Both the position numbers and the translations under genes were made by a program. A stretch of DNA of 62,410 bases, filler included. It is 5 parts of 5 records of this genome, joined end to end, with 100 filler letters (N's around TTAATTAATTAA, not from the genome) between each part and the next. Parts side by side here need not be neighbours in the genome. Positions count along the whole stretch, not along the records: positions 1 to 14,326 come from DRR378314_2026; positions 14,427 to 19,943 come from DRR378314_2028; positions 20,044 to 41,379 come from DRR378314_2031; 2 more parts are not named here. One strand, given 5' to 3'. Below, piece by piece: positions 11,403-21,823 of this stretch. The first letter of the stretch is position 1; every line of letters begins with the position of its first letter. The notes below the pieces were generated by a model. That model did no database searches. It was not told the DNA's origin and was given only the letters and a program-made list of their open reading frames with translations.

Positions 11403-14326
11403 CTACTCGGAGTCCGAGTCTGACAAAAGAGCAAGGATCGACACTGGCTGTCGCACCAGCGGGCGCGCAGCTAGACCGCCGCGAGCTGGAAGAGCGCTAA
11501 CTGGCTGCTGTGGCTTGCGGATACTGTTCGAGACTGCGGCCTGTCGTACAATCGCTTCTCCCGGAAGAACACTGTACGACGCAGGAGGCCGCGAGAAAGC
11601 GCCGCCCTGGGAGACAGACGTGCCACCGGTCGGATGCTTGGCCAGCCCGACCCGCTCCATGGTTCCAACGTGCGCGGGCAGCTCTTGCGGGCCATGCGCA
11701 CGCAGAGGCTTCTGCACCTCTCCTATCGTAGTCACAGCACGCGCCGCCGAGCCATTCTGCAGCGTCTGTGCGCGTGTGTCCGACGCCGCATTGAGGATTG
11801 CTGCATGCACGCGCTCTTGTTGCCCCACATGTACAGTTGATTCCGCCAGGCCCACTGCAGCGCCGCTCCTTTGCGGCAATGTACGCTGGACGGGGGCGAC
11901 AGGCGTACCAGTTTGCAAGCGCTGGCGGTCGTGTGCCATAGCGCCGCTTTTCGCTCGGGGTGAATGCCGACTCGCAGCAGGGTACCTAGACTTGCGCCGT
12001 GAGCTCTCGGGGCAGGAAGTGGAAGGGGTTTCCGGCAATGTCGCCTTGTTCTGGGGCGTGCCAGGGGACGGTTCTGCACGACGGAGTCTCCGTCTGCGCT
12101 TCCGACGAGGTTTCGGCATCGGCGTCGGTTCGTCGTACTCCACATCGTCGCCATCGGAAACGATGAAGCCGCTCAGGTCGTCGCTGTCGCTCTCTCCGTG
12201 CCAGGTTCCTCCACCTTGCCGGCGAGCTGTTTCGTACGCAAAGTCACTGTCCTCATCGACAGCAGATGCAGCCGCGTTGTCGCGTTTTCTGTTCTCTGTG
12301 CCGAATGCACCGCTCGAGGATCCGCGAGCTGGTCCATGCGCTCCACGCTCTGCGGCTGCGCGGACAAGCTCGGCTGCGTTGGGAACAGCGAGCCCTTGCG
12401 ACACAGCGCGTCCGTCGCCATCGCTATCGGAAGAGCGATCACTGCTGTCACTACCAGAGTCCGATGCAGGGCGATCTGCCTCATGCATAAGGTGCGCAAG
12501 AAGACCACCAGAACGAACATTGAGCCGACCGCCGCGTGTGCGGCCAGCTTCCGGGGTCTCCAGCAGCGACCGTGCGTAGAAGCTCCGCCCGTGTGCTTTA
12601 GTGGCGGGGCCGCCAAGACTCTCCCTCTCTGAGAGAGCGCTGTGCTGCGTTGGCGAGACTTCAGGAGCCAAAAACTCCTCCAGGCTTCCGAGATCTTCGT
12701 CAGTGCCTCCAGCATCAGTGCTGTCACTGTCGTCGATTGTGCGCGACTGCCGTTGCCGCTGCTGCTTACAGTGCTTGTCCGAACGAAACCTTCCGTGAAC
12801 ACCAGCCTGCTCATCATCGCTCTCACCCTCACTTTCGCTGGCCTCATCTTCAACGAAATACGCATTTCTCCGACGACGATTGCGACGCGATTTCGTATTT
12901 TGTACATATGGCCGCGCCTGTTGCGACCTTTTGGAGTCACTGCGAGGAACAGACGGACTACCGTTCGCCCGTCGGTCACCAGGGCCGTCACCACTCGCTC
13001 GGGCCGGCGGCCGAGGGAGCGCGCGAGAGGATTCGCTAGCACCGTGTTCCGAGTCGTGGGCATCTTGCGACATTACGATAGCCTTGCGACGTGCGCCTCG
13101 TTTCACAATTGCAGGAGACTCGTCATCATCAGGTGAAGTCGATTTTTGGGCAGGCGTGGGGGCAAGTACTGGGGAGTCGGGCACGACCTCGATGTCAATG
13201 TCGTACCCAGAAGGCGCAACGGACGCTGCCACAGGCGCGTGCGCTTCGCCAGCACCCATCGACCCATCGGTAACGATTTCGACTTCCTTGCCATCTCTCG
13301 TGACATGATTGGCGTACGCTTTCGCATCTGCTTCGTTTTTCTCCTGCGGACCAGGGACCGATGCAGAAGCGGCTCCTCCACCCGCAGGTGTGCGCTCACG
13401 ATTTCGATTCGGCACAGGTGAGGACTGCTCGCCGCCAATCACGCCAGTCCGACCCTGAGGTTGCGCTGATGTTGTGCCACCTGTGCCCTCCTGATGCCGT
13501 TTCGCACTGACAGTCGAGGTCGAAGCGTGCAGGCGAGACCTCGAAGTATCACTAGGGCGTAAAGGATCCATGGTATCATGCGCGTAGCCGCTGCTGGAAG
13601 GGAAAACTTGTGGCTCACCAGCGACAGTGGCAGCGTTCAAACCCAGCACATTGCCGCTGGGGTTGGACACTGCACGGTTTCGCGCAGCGCCAGGCTTTTC
13701 TTTCCCCACCATTACAGCAGAAGTAACATCCACAGCCGATACATCAGAGGTCTCAGGAACAGCTGTGAGACACTGCTGCTGGGGTTGGTGTTCGCCAGAA
13801 AGGAGAAGTGGATCCCGTGTCGCTGGATGGCGATCCTCTTTGCACGCAGGCCCGTCCGCATTCCATGCTCTGCGCACAGGACACGCAGCGAAATTCTCTG
13901 TTACCGGGCCATGAGAGCTGCCAGGTTGTAAAACTGCCGGCTTGGCAGGTGGTCGCAGAGCTGCAACAGACTGAGTACCAGCTCGCACGCGCCAACCGCC
14001 TCCTGAGGTGCGCGCTGCGCGTCTTCGGCGAGGCCGCGCACTCTCCAGTTCAGCAGTCGCAAGGTCTCGCGCCGCGGCCCGTGCCCGCCGTTCGTCCTCA
14101 GTTTGATCGCATGTACGAGCACAGGTAGTCGGTATATGTATGGTCATATCCAATGCAAGCGTAGCAAGGGCGGGCGGTAACTCGGGAACGTGATGCGCCG
14201 CATTGCCGGTGCGCATTTCACGCGCATGGTGCTCACGCGAGCGCTGCATTCCCTCGCGGAACAGAGCGGCCTGTTTCATTTGCTCTCGCAGCTCCACGTC
14301 GCTCTCGCTCTCGCTCTCGCTCTCGC
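11403..14326 (-). CDS. Long low-complexity protein, probably the C-terminal half of a FANCM/MPH1-family helicase (5' end lost at contig edge)
   Basis: Open frame of at least 964 aa that continues to the contig edge. It contains YFVEDEASESEGESDDE..DEDLGSLEEFL..FYARSLLETP, resembling the conserved acidic FANCM motif (F-I/L-D-x-E-A..S..D-F-L..Y-x-x-S-L). Confidence 0.55.
14300..14326. repeat. (GCTCTC)n hexanucleotide microsatellite at the contig end (encodes ES repeats on the minus strand)
   Basis: cgctctcgctctcgctctcgctctcgc immediately before the N run. Confidence 0.85.
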
Positions 14327-14426
14327 NNNNNNNNNNNNNNNNNNNNNNNNNNNNNNNNNNNNNNNNNNNNTTAATTAATTAANNNNNNNNNNNNNNNNNN
14401 NNNNNNNNNNNNNNNNNNNNNNNNNN
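14327..14426. other. Artificial contig spacer
   Basis: N44-TTAATTAATTAA-N44; the central 12-mer puts stops in all six frames. Confidence 0.98.
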
Positions 14427-14427
14427 C

Positions 14428-16311
14428 ACGGGGAACCAGCACTGCCAACCCGGTGGGCCGACGCGCCACGAGACCACGCACAGCACAGACCTGTCGGAAG
14501 CTTCTGTCACACACAAACAGTCTACTTTTACGTCGTCGCAAGTGCGTGCGACCTTGACTGCAGATGTGGAATCGAACAGCACAGATGCCAATGCAGTCGA
14601 TGAGACTGCGGGCACGCTCGTAGTGTGCCCCTTGGCGCTTCTGCGACAGTGGGAAAGCGAGATCTCGCGGCATTGTCCGCGAATCGGTGCGCCATCGCTG
14701 TACCACGGAGCGAGTCGCTCAGTCCGAGAGGCGCGCCGCGCAACGATTGTGCTCACCACGTATGCGACGCTGGCGCGTGAGCATTCCCAGTGGTCGGCGC
14801 GGCGAGACACGGTGCAAGGCGCTCTCTCTGCTGCCCAGAGAAAGAGCGACAGTATTGCAAAGAAAGCGCCGGATGGTGTCTCTGAAGAGTCCGATGCTGG
14901 CAAAGGACCTGCAAGCGAGCACAGCGGGACGCTGCAACGCGCTGCGCGCGCTGTGCGCTGCCTCTTCGATATTCGGTGGCGCCGCGTCGTGCTGGATGAG
15001 GCGCACAACATCCGGAACGCCGAAACACAGTCTGCAGCTGCCGTGCGAGCATTGCGTGCTGAGCGCCGCTGGGCGCTCACTGGAACTCCATTGCACAACG
15101 CTGTAGAAGATGTGGAGAGTTTGCTGCGGTTTCTCTCGTGCGCGCCGTCGGAAGTGGAAGAAGCCGCGAAGCGTAGAGCAGCGCGCGCGATTCTTGCGGC
15201 TGTGATGCTGCGGAGGACGAAAGAAGTGCTTGCGCTCCCTCCGCGGCGCGTCCACGTGGTTCGGATCCCACTTCCTCAGGCTCACCGCAAAGCGTACGAA
15301 GCGTTGATGCGTGGGGCAGCAGACGAACTGCGGCGCGCCTTTGCGCGCGGCTCGATGGCGCACGTGCTGAAGCGTCTCACTGCGCTGCGCATCGCGTGCA
15401 ATCAGCCTGCGCTTGTCGAAGGGGCACCGCGGGCTTCGCAAGACACACCCGCAGTTCTTACGGTAGATGAGCGACCGCTACGCAAGATTGCTGTAGTCGA
15501 GTCGTCACGTTCATCAGACGCAAACGCAAAGCATGACGAAGCGCGCGGCGCGCAAGCTCCAGCAGAAAAACGAGATCCCTTGCCAGATTCAGCGCTCGGC
15601 AGCGAGCAGGGAGCCTCCCGTGCGCGCGAAGAGGCTCCCTGCAAGAAACTCCACCAAACAACGTTACGATTCGAAAATGTTGTGAAACACGACAAATGCG
15701 ACAGTTGCGCTTGTGGCGAGCGCGTCGATGTTCGCGGTGGACCGATGTGGTGCCAGAGAAGCTCGCGCTTCGCGCCGTGCGCCTCCGAGCCACGAGCGGC
15801 AAAGTTCGCCGCACTTGCGATGCTGCTCGACGAGATCGATGCGGCGGGGCGGAAAGCAGTCATTTTCTCGCAGTGGACTGGGACGCTTGATTGTGCAGAG
15901 AAGCTTCTGCTGGCTCGCAATACTTGCTTTTGTCGCTTGGACGGAAGTATGACAGGAATGAAGCAAGCGGATGCCGCGGCGGCATTCCAGCGCGACAGCA
16001 GTATCCGATGCATCCTCGTCTCGCTCATGGCCGGTGGCGTCGGCTTGAATCTCACAGCAGGCTCCGTTGTCATCATGTTAGACCTGTGGTTCAATCCTCA
16101 AATGGAGGAGCAGGCGTACGATCGTGTCCATCGGATCGGGCAAGACCGGCCCGTGGACGTGTATCGGCTTGTCACGGTGGGGACAGTCGAAGAGCGAATT
16201 CTGGAAATGCAGGCCCGCAAGCGTCGGCTCGCGCGCGCTGTGGTGGACGGGGCGACCGAGGCGCCTGCTGCAATGACACTAGCCGACCTGCGCGAAATAT
16301 GTGGGATGTAG
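14428..16311 (+). CDS. SNF2-family ATPase, RAD5/16/TTF2-like (N-terminus with Walker A cut off by the contig edge)
   Basis: TLVVCPLALLRQWESEI, IVLTTY, WRRVVLDEAHNIRN, RRWALTGTPLHN, MLRRTK, KAVIFSQW, SLMAGGVGLNLT, EEQAYDRVHRIGQ; frame is open back to 14428. Confidence 0.92.
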   Translation, partial: TGNQHCQPGGPTRHETTHSTDLSEASVTHKQSTFTSSQVRATLTADVESNSTDANAVDETAGTLVVCPLALLRQWESEISRHCPRIGAPSLYHGASRSVREARRATIVLTTYATLAREHSQWSARRDTVQGALSAAQRKSDSIAKKAPDGVSEESDAGKGPASEHSGTLQRAARAVRCLFDIRWRRVVLDEAHNIRNAETQSAAAVRALRAERRWALTGTPLHNAVEDVESLLRFLSCAPSEVEEAAKRRAARAILAAVMLRRTKEVLALPPRRVHVVRIPLPQAHRKAYEALMRGAADELRRAFARGSMAHVLKRLTALRIACNQPALVEGAPRASQDTPAVLTVDERPLRKIAVVESSRSSDANAKHDEARGAQAPAEKRDPLPDSALGSEQGASRAREEAPCKKLHQTTLRFENVVKHDKCDSCACGERVDVRGGPMWCQRSSRFAPCASEPRAAKFAALAMLLDEIDAAGRKAVIFSQWTGTLDCAEKLLLARNTCFCRLDGSMTGMKQADAAAAFQRDSSIRCILVSLMAGGVGLNLTAGSVVIMLDLWFNPQMEEQAYDRVHRIGQDRPVDVYRLVTVGTVEERILEMQARKRRLARAVVDGATEAPAAMTLADLREICGM

Positions 16312-18109
16312 CTGCCCGGTCGGGACGCCTTAATGTATAATTTGCGCTGCAACGCGTACTGCCTGCATGTGTGGGCGCGCAAGCGTGTTGCGGCATTGCG
16401 GGGCGGCTGGAGAACAAATGCACTGTGCTGTACGGCATGGTGCAGCTTTGCTCGCGGGAGCGCGACGGGAAACAGTGCGTGACTGTGTTTCATGTGACAG
16501 GCAGTTGTAGTGCAAGGGCTCATTTGCTTTGGAAACTTGGAGAACGGATGTGCAATATATGGACGTACTGACGCAGTGTGCACTGCTGTGACAGACAAGG
16601 CGACCTGAGCTCGAGCGAGTGCGGTTCCCAGTGTGCTACCAAGGCGCAAACACGCTCGAGTCGCATTTTCTCACACGGCCGTGCTCCGGGATGCAGTCAG
16701 ACATACATTGTGATGCTCTCAGCATAGCTGGTTCCCGCTATGGACGGAGATACGCACGCGTTGCTCGTGGAGATGGCACGAAGGGCATCGCGCCGGTCCC
16801 GGGTGTCGCTACTGGCGCCTCTTCAGGCGGTCAAGAGCATACGCCAGCGCAGCAGCTTTCCCGGGTGCTTCCACGGCGCTGCCGCGAATCGACTGTAGTG
16901 ACTCGCGTGCGCTTTCCCGCGCTTCCTCTTTGCATTCGTACGTAAAAGGGAGACGTACATGCAAGGGACACGGGCGGGGTGAGCGTGTAAAATGCAAGGC
17001 GGGACATGTGCCATTGCCAAACTTTCATGTCAACAGCACGCAAGAATACGCACCACGCGCTCTCAGGGAAAAAGTTCGGATTGGCGGAAGTGCGATAGAC
17101 AGTGCTGGGAGCGTGCGTTGGCATTCACATCGATACGCGTACCAGACATTCCATCGGAGAATAGAGCATCGAGGGGCTTCGCCTGCGGGTGTGCGCGGGA
17201 GGACGTCTTAGGCGGCGGCGCGGCTGCTGGGCGAGCAAAGCAACAAACGCATCGTGTCCACACGAATCCACCCCACAGCCCAAAGAAGACCCAAGGGTGA
17301 GCAAAGAGAGAAGACACACTACCACACCCCTCACATGTGCGGCGTAGAAGGGACTGGGGTAGGAGAGAGATCCCCCCAAAGGCAAAGCAGGAGCGCAACG
17401 CTGAGGAATCGCCGCACCACAGACCATCGCGGGTCTACACAAGCCTCGCGCTGATGAGAAGGCCATGCCAGCAGAGAGTCAAGCGGAAGCACAGTCATGT
17501 CTATTAGAATATACTTCAACCTATGGCAAGTTCTCATATGCCACCAAAGAGAAATACAATGCCTTCGTCACCAGTGATCCACGTGTTGCTACCTCGACGT
17601 ACCCTTGCGCAGCGTATCTACGGACGTGTGGCCGCGCTTCACAAACAGCTCAAAGGCTTTCGCAATTTCATCGTCCGTGACAACTTCGCACACATTGACG
17701 GGTCCGGCGAAATGTATCAATACAAAGGAGGAGGAAAATTGTTGCGACACGGTTCGTTTAGCATATCACTTTCTCTACCCATGGGTACCACTCTTGCAAA
17801 GGAACGTTTTACCACTCAGGTGACTAGAAGCGCTTTCGCCTCGCGGTTCGCGAGCAAGGCAGTCGGGTTCCGCAGTCGTGTCCTCTACACTTTGTTCCCG
17901 CTGTTACTGCAAGAAACCTAGAACGGAACAGCGGAGTAAGATAGGCAAAAAGCAACTGCAGGGCAAAGAAAACCGCGTACGGCGTAGCGCAATGGGCGGC
18001 AGCCATCAGGCTTGCGATGACCGGAAACACTGCCGAGCAAGCACCAAAGTCACCGCGAAGCGAGACGAACGACGCAAGATGGAACAGCCCGTTGAAGGCA
18101 CCGACATAC

Positions 18110-19187
18110 CTGCTTCCTCTCGTGAACGCGGCATACGCCTGTGTCCACGTCCACCATCGCGCGATCGGTGCTGGCGATGCTTTGGCCCTTCCTCTGTGGC
18201 AGTGTCGGAGGATGCCGGCTCAGTGTGGGCGTTCGTACCCGCGAGTGACTGATCATCGTTTGACGAATCCTTTGCATCTACAGCCAGCGTCGAAGGTGCT
18301 GCTTCGTCTCCTTCTACACGTAGTCCTGCCCGCCAGAAAAAAAACATGCGTCAGCTTGCAATACAGGGCGCCTTGCAAGTCTGTTCTTTAATAACCAAGA
18401 GGCTCTAATTCTATCGCTCACTCTTTACTTCGGAAGTACCGCGCTGCGGCGCTCGGAGCCTCGGTCATTCCTCTCTGCGCCCCCCCCCGCCCCGCAGGGG
18501 TGCTGCCTTGCTCAGCGCTGGGGCCATCCCGGATGTTTCGAAGAAAAAAACCCCTATCTTTGCGTATCTCTCGCACAAGCAATTAATATGTGGAACCTGT
18601 GCGATGCTTCACCGAAGAGACGGAGAGAGTGCGCGAGCCCCGAGGTTGCAGGTGCGGGAAGAGGCAAAAAAACACCTCTGTCAAGCTCTCCACTTACCAC
18701 CACGCTGTGCAGGAACCGCAGTTCTGGGTGCGCGCAGCAACTATCATGGCCGAAGGCTCCTTAGCACGCTTACCCTGTTACCGCATCGCTTGCCAACAAA
18801 AGCCTCATGAAAGTAAAGCCACAAAATCCGTACCTGTTGTGCCGGCGTCCGACGCAGAAGTCGCAGGCGCTGGCGCGCTTTCTGCAGTAGCTGACAGTGC
18901 TCTGCCAAAGTGTACGGGCCAGCCCAAAACCACAACATTCGCGTCAGAACGCTCGCAGTGCATTCCCGGCACACGCAGAGGATTGTGCATGCAAAGCGTT
19001 CTGAAGTAGCTCATGACACGTGTAACCTGCAGAAACATTTCACACTCGCGAGGCTGATGTAGCGCCTACCGCGTCGCGGCAGGGCGTGTGCCGCACGCGT
19101 AGCAACGGCACCGCGTGCAATTCTGCTCTCCCTGCAGTTGCCAACCGCGGGCACGGAGAGAGACTGCTTCCTCTCGTGAACGCGGCA
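18110..19187 (+). repeat. 24-nt exact direct repeat pair CTGCTTCCTCTCGTGAACGCGGCA (18110-18133 and 19164-19187)
   Basis: Identical 24-mer read at both positions, each preceded a few nt upstream by ggcac. Confidence 0.8.
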
Positions 19188-19943
19188 GCAATTGGAACAA
19201 AGTCAACGAAGCACACCGATGCTAACGATCTCATCATTGAAATACCAACACCTACACATAAAAATTACAACCGCGGGTGCTAATCTTGGACGAGTCTGCC
19301 GCAAGGCGCGCGAGCGCGTCGAGCACACGAGCGCGCCGTAGCGCAGTGAGGCGCGAGGTGTTGCGCGAGAATCGCGAAAGCGAGCAGATGCTACAGCGGT
19401 CGCAGCGGCTATTGCTACGACTCAAACGGCGGGACTGTCCATGATGAGGAGCAGGATGCTACTTACGCAGTATTACATCATATCGGTTATTGTTAAGAGA
19501 CGGGCGGCGTCCTTTGCGTGCATGTGCGCGTGGAGCAACACGCAACGCTGCGCCAGAACGCGGTGAGGTTTCACGAACCACGCGTGCAAGCGGCTACCCG
19601 CCAGCAGAGCTGCCCGCGAGCACAGCAGGCGCAACAACGGGAACGGGCGCGACCAGCGTACCGAGCGAGCCATGCACGCGACTGCAGGGTGACGATTCGA
19701 TGCCGCAATGAGAGCATGGGTGCAGCTGTACGAGGGGAGGCGATGCAGGCGAGGTGCAAGTTGTACGCGCTCCTGGGTTCGTTCCCACGCGCGCCAGATG
19801 TAGAGAAAAGCGCTCGCACAGGGGTTGGCTGCTGCCAGCCCCACAGCCCGCCCGCTGCGGGGGATCTGCTGCACTCGGCAGAGCTGGGCGCGTTCATGTT
19901 ACGAAGATACGAAAAGAAGAAGCAATCCATTGCAGTAGGGTTG

Positions 19944-20043
19944 NNNNNNNNNNNNNNNNNNNNNNNNNNNNNNNNNNNNNNNNNNNNTTAATTAATTAAN
20001 NNNNNNNNNNNNNNNNNNNNNNNNNNNNNNNNNNNNNNNNNNN
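19944..20043. other. Artificial contig spacer
   Basis: N44-TTAATTAATTAA-N44. Confidence 0.98.
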
Positions 20044-20089
20044 TTTTGTGAAGGTTATTGATCTCAATGACGGCTTCTGACTGCGTCAT
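20044..20089 (-). CDS. N-terminal fragment of a probable ABC transporter ATP-binding protein (cut by contig edge)
   Basis: MTQSEAVIEINNLHK is a typical start for polar amino-acid ABC ATPases. Confidence 0.5.
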
Positions 20090-20458
20090 CTTGCTTGAAT
20101 CCGATTTGCTCGGGGAACCGAGACCAGCGACCGCGCGCTTAGCGATAATTCCGCAATTGCCAATTTCGCCCACCCAAAGGCGCGGCGTCTGAGCGCAACA
20201 ACGCTGATTTCTCCTAAGTCGGGAGACTTCGGAGAATTGGCGCTTGTACAGTGTTGGATCAAAATCACCTCCAAAAGCTAAACGAAACCTCGCCTATTTA
20301 CCGGTTGCTGGAAAATAGACAAAAGAAGAAGTTAACTTTGTAGAACAAGAAGTGTGCGCGCACCCGTTCACATAGAACATTCGTGTTGAGGGATTGATCC
20401 CGGATGTGCAATCGACGTCAGCTGAACCCGCACACAGTCGCCAAAAGCCATGCAATGA

Positions 20459-21676
20459 TCATTGTGACCTAGACCACCAATCCTTTGGTTTCAGACGATT
20501 GGCCCTGTCACTGCGTTTGTCCCACCAAAGTGCAATTTTACGCATTCGGCCAAGCGCCAAAGCGCGCCAAACGCGGTCTCGCAGTCTGTCATAGTCACGA
20601 TTGAACGGGCAAACCCGCATGCAGATCGCACAATCGCTTTGCAGCTTGGCCCAGTATTGAAAACAGGCCTTTGCGTCCGAGGTCCATTTGCGCACACCTT
20701 GAATGGCGGACTGATCCGATTCCGCACTGGTTTTTGGTGCGTCGAAAGGCAAGGCCTTAGCGGGGCAGGCGTCAGCGCATTCGGTGCATATGTCGCAAAA
20801 CGCCTGAACCCCCAATGGTTTCGGAACATCATGCGAAAGCGGTAAGTTTGTGAAAATCTTTGAAAACCGCAGTCGTGGACCAAATTCGGGCGTGATAACC
20901 ATTTGATTGCGGGCATATTCCCCCAGCCCTGCCTTAATGGCATAGGGAATGACCAAAGCAGTGTCATTCATGGACGGTACAGCCTCGTACCCCAGATTTC
21001 GGATATAGGCCGCTAGCTGAATGATAATTGACGTTTCATGACTGTACTCGCGCCCTGTGGCAGCGCCAGCCAATGCAGACGGGTATGTCGCCACCAGCTC
21101 TTGATCCATTTGGTGACCCAGGACAATCACACTCGTCAACCCTTCGGGCAATGCATTTTCAGCTTCTGAAAAATCGCGCGTGTCTACCCGCGCGGTATAA
21201 AGCCAGCGATCATCAAAATCCGTAATCCCAACCAGATCAGCACCGAAGAACCGCGCGATGCGCTTGACCTCGTGCGACATGGCTTCGGGGTCGTCTACCT
21301 CCACTTTAGTGGTTGCTATGGGCGTGTCATCAGAGATCGGAGCCTGAAAACCCTCGCGCCGACCATCTGCGGCGCTGCGGTTGCTGACGATATCCGAAAT
21401 GATCCAGCTTGCATTACGCAAGGCGAAATCTTTCTGGCGAAATCCATCGCCTTTTCGATAACTGGCGCGCATCCGGTAACTGTCAAAGAACCTGTCCGTC
21501 AGCTTGGATCTTACGGTTTCATCCCAGAATGCGCGCGTGAACATGTCATTGCGCTGGGAAAACGGTTCAAACGCGTCGGTTGTTTCGATCCCGGCTGCGG
21601 CATCGCTTTCGCGATACTTGGTGCGCCACCTTTCGCGGTCTTCGGGGGTGACACTTTGGTTCTTCGGCCAGGGCAC
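20459..21676 (-). CDS. rdhA: Cobalamin/2x[4Fe-4S] reductive dehalogenase-family protein, cytoplasmic (no TAT leader)
   Basis: ARFFGADLVGIT, AIKAGLGEYARNQMVITPEFGPRLRFSKIFTNLPL, CDICTECADACP and CFQYW..DCAICMRVCP; GTG start after a GGAGA RBS; no RRxFxK motif. Confidence 0.88.
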   Translation of the reverse strand: MPWPKNQSVTPEDRERWRTKYRESDAAAGIETTDAFEPFSQRNDMFTRAFWDETVRSKLTDRFFDSYRMRASYRKGDGFRQKDFALRNASWIISDIVSNRSAADGRREGFQAPISDDTPIATTKVEVDDPEAMSHEVKRIARFFGADLVGITDFDDRWLYTARVDTRDFSEAENALPEGLTSVIVLGHQMDQELVATYPSALAGAATGREYSHETSIIIQLAAYIRNLGYEAVPSMNDTALVIPYAIKAGLGEYARNQMVITPEFGPRLRFSKIFTNLPLSHDVPKPLGVQAFCDICTECADACPAKALPFDAPKTSAESDQSAIQGVRKWTSDAKACFQYWAKLQSDCAICMRVCPFNRDYDRLRDRVWRALALGRMRKIALWWDKRSDRANRLKPKDWWSRSQ

Positions 21677-21823
21677 GGCTGTTCTCCGATTTGTAGAATG
21701 TTGGTTGCTACAATCACACGCAATTCAAGCCGGAGGTTAATCAGACCCCTAGCTTGATTGATACTCGTAACGCTGGAATACGGCCCATTCAACCGTCACC
21801 CGCCAGCGTCGAACCGGAATATG

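Noticed and set aside
11164-12579. 471-aa plus-strand ORF and other long antisense ORFs (e.g. 23156-24406, 37692-38810, 31897-32823)
   Set aside because: These are shadows of real opposite-strand genes in GC-rich DNA and have no motifs.
14371-14382. TTAATTAATTAA as a biological repeat or piggyBac target
   Set aside because: It is embedded in N runs and identical at all four joins; it is a standard stop-codon linker.
19473-19943. Coding exon at the end of contig 2
   Set aside because: Several frames are open, none has a recognisable motif, and the strand cannot be decided.
20459-21676. Epoxyqueuosine reductase QueG
   Set aside because: It lacks the QueG DYH-type motif; GADLVGI and GLGE..R...ITPEFGPRLR are RdhA-like.
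21677-21823. Cobalamin riboswitch upstream of rdhA
   Set aside because: The gap is only 147 nt with no recognisable B12 box; just a modest hairpin after putA.
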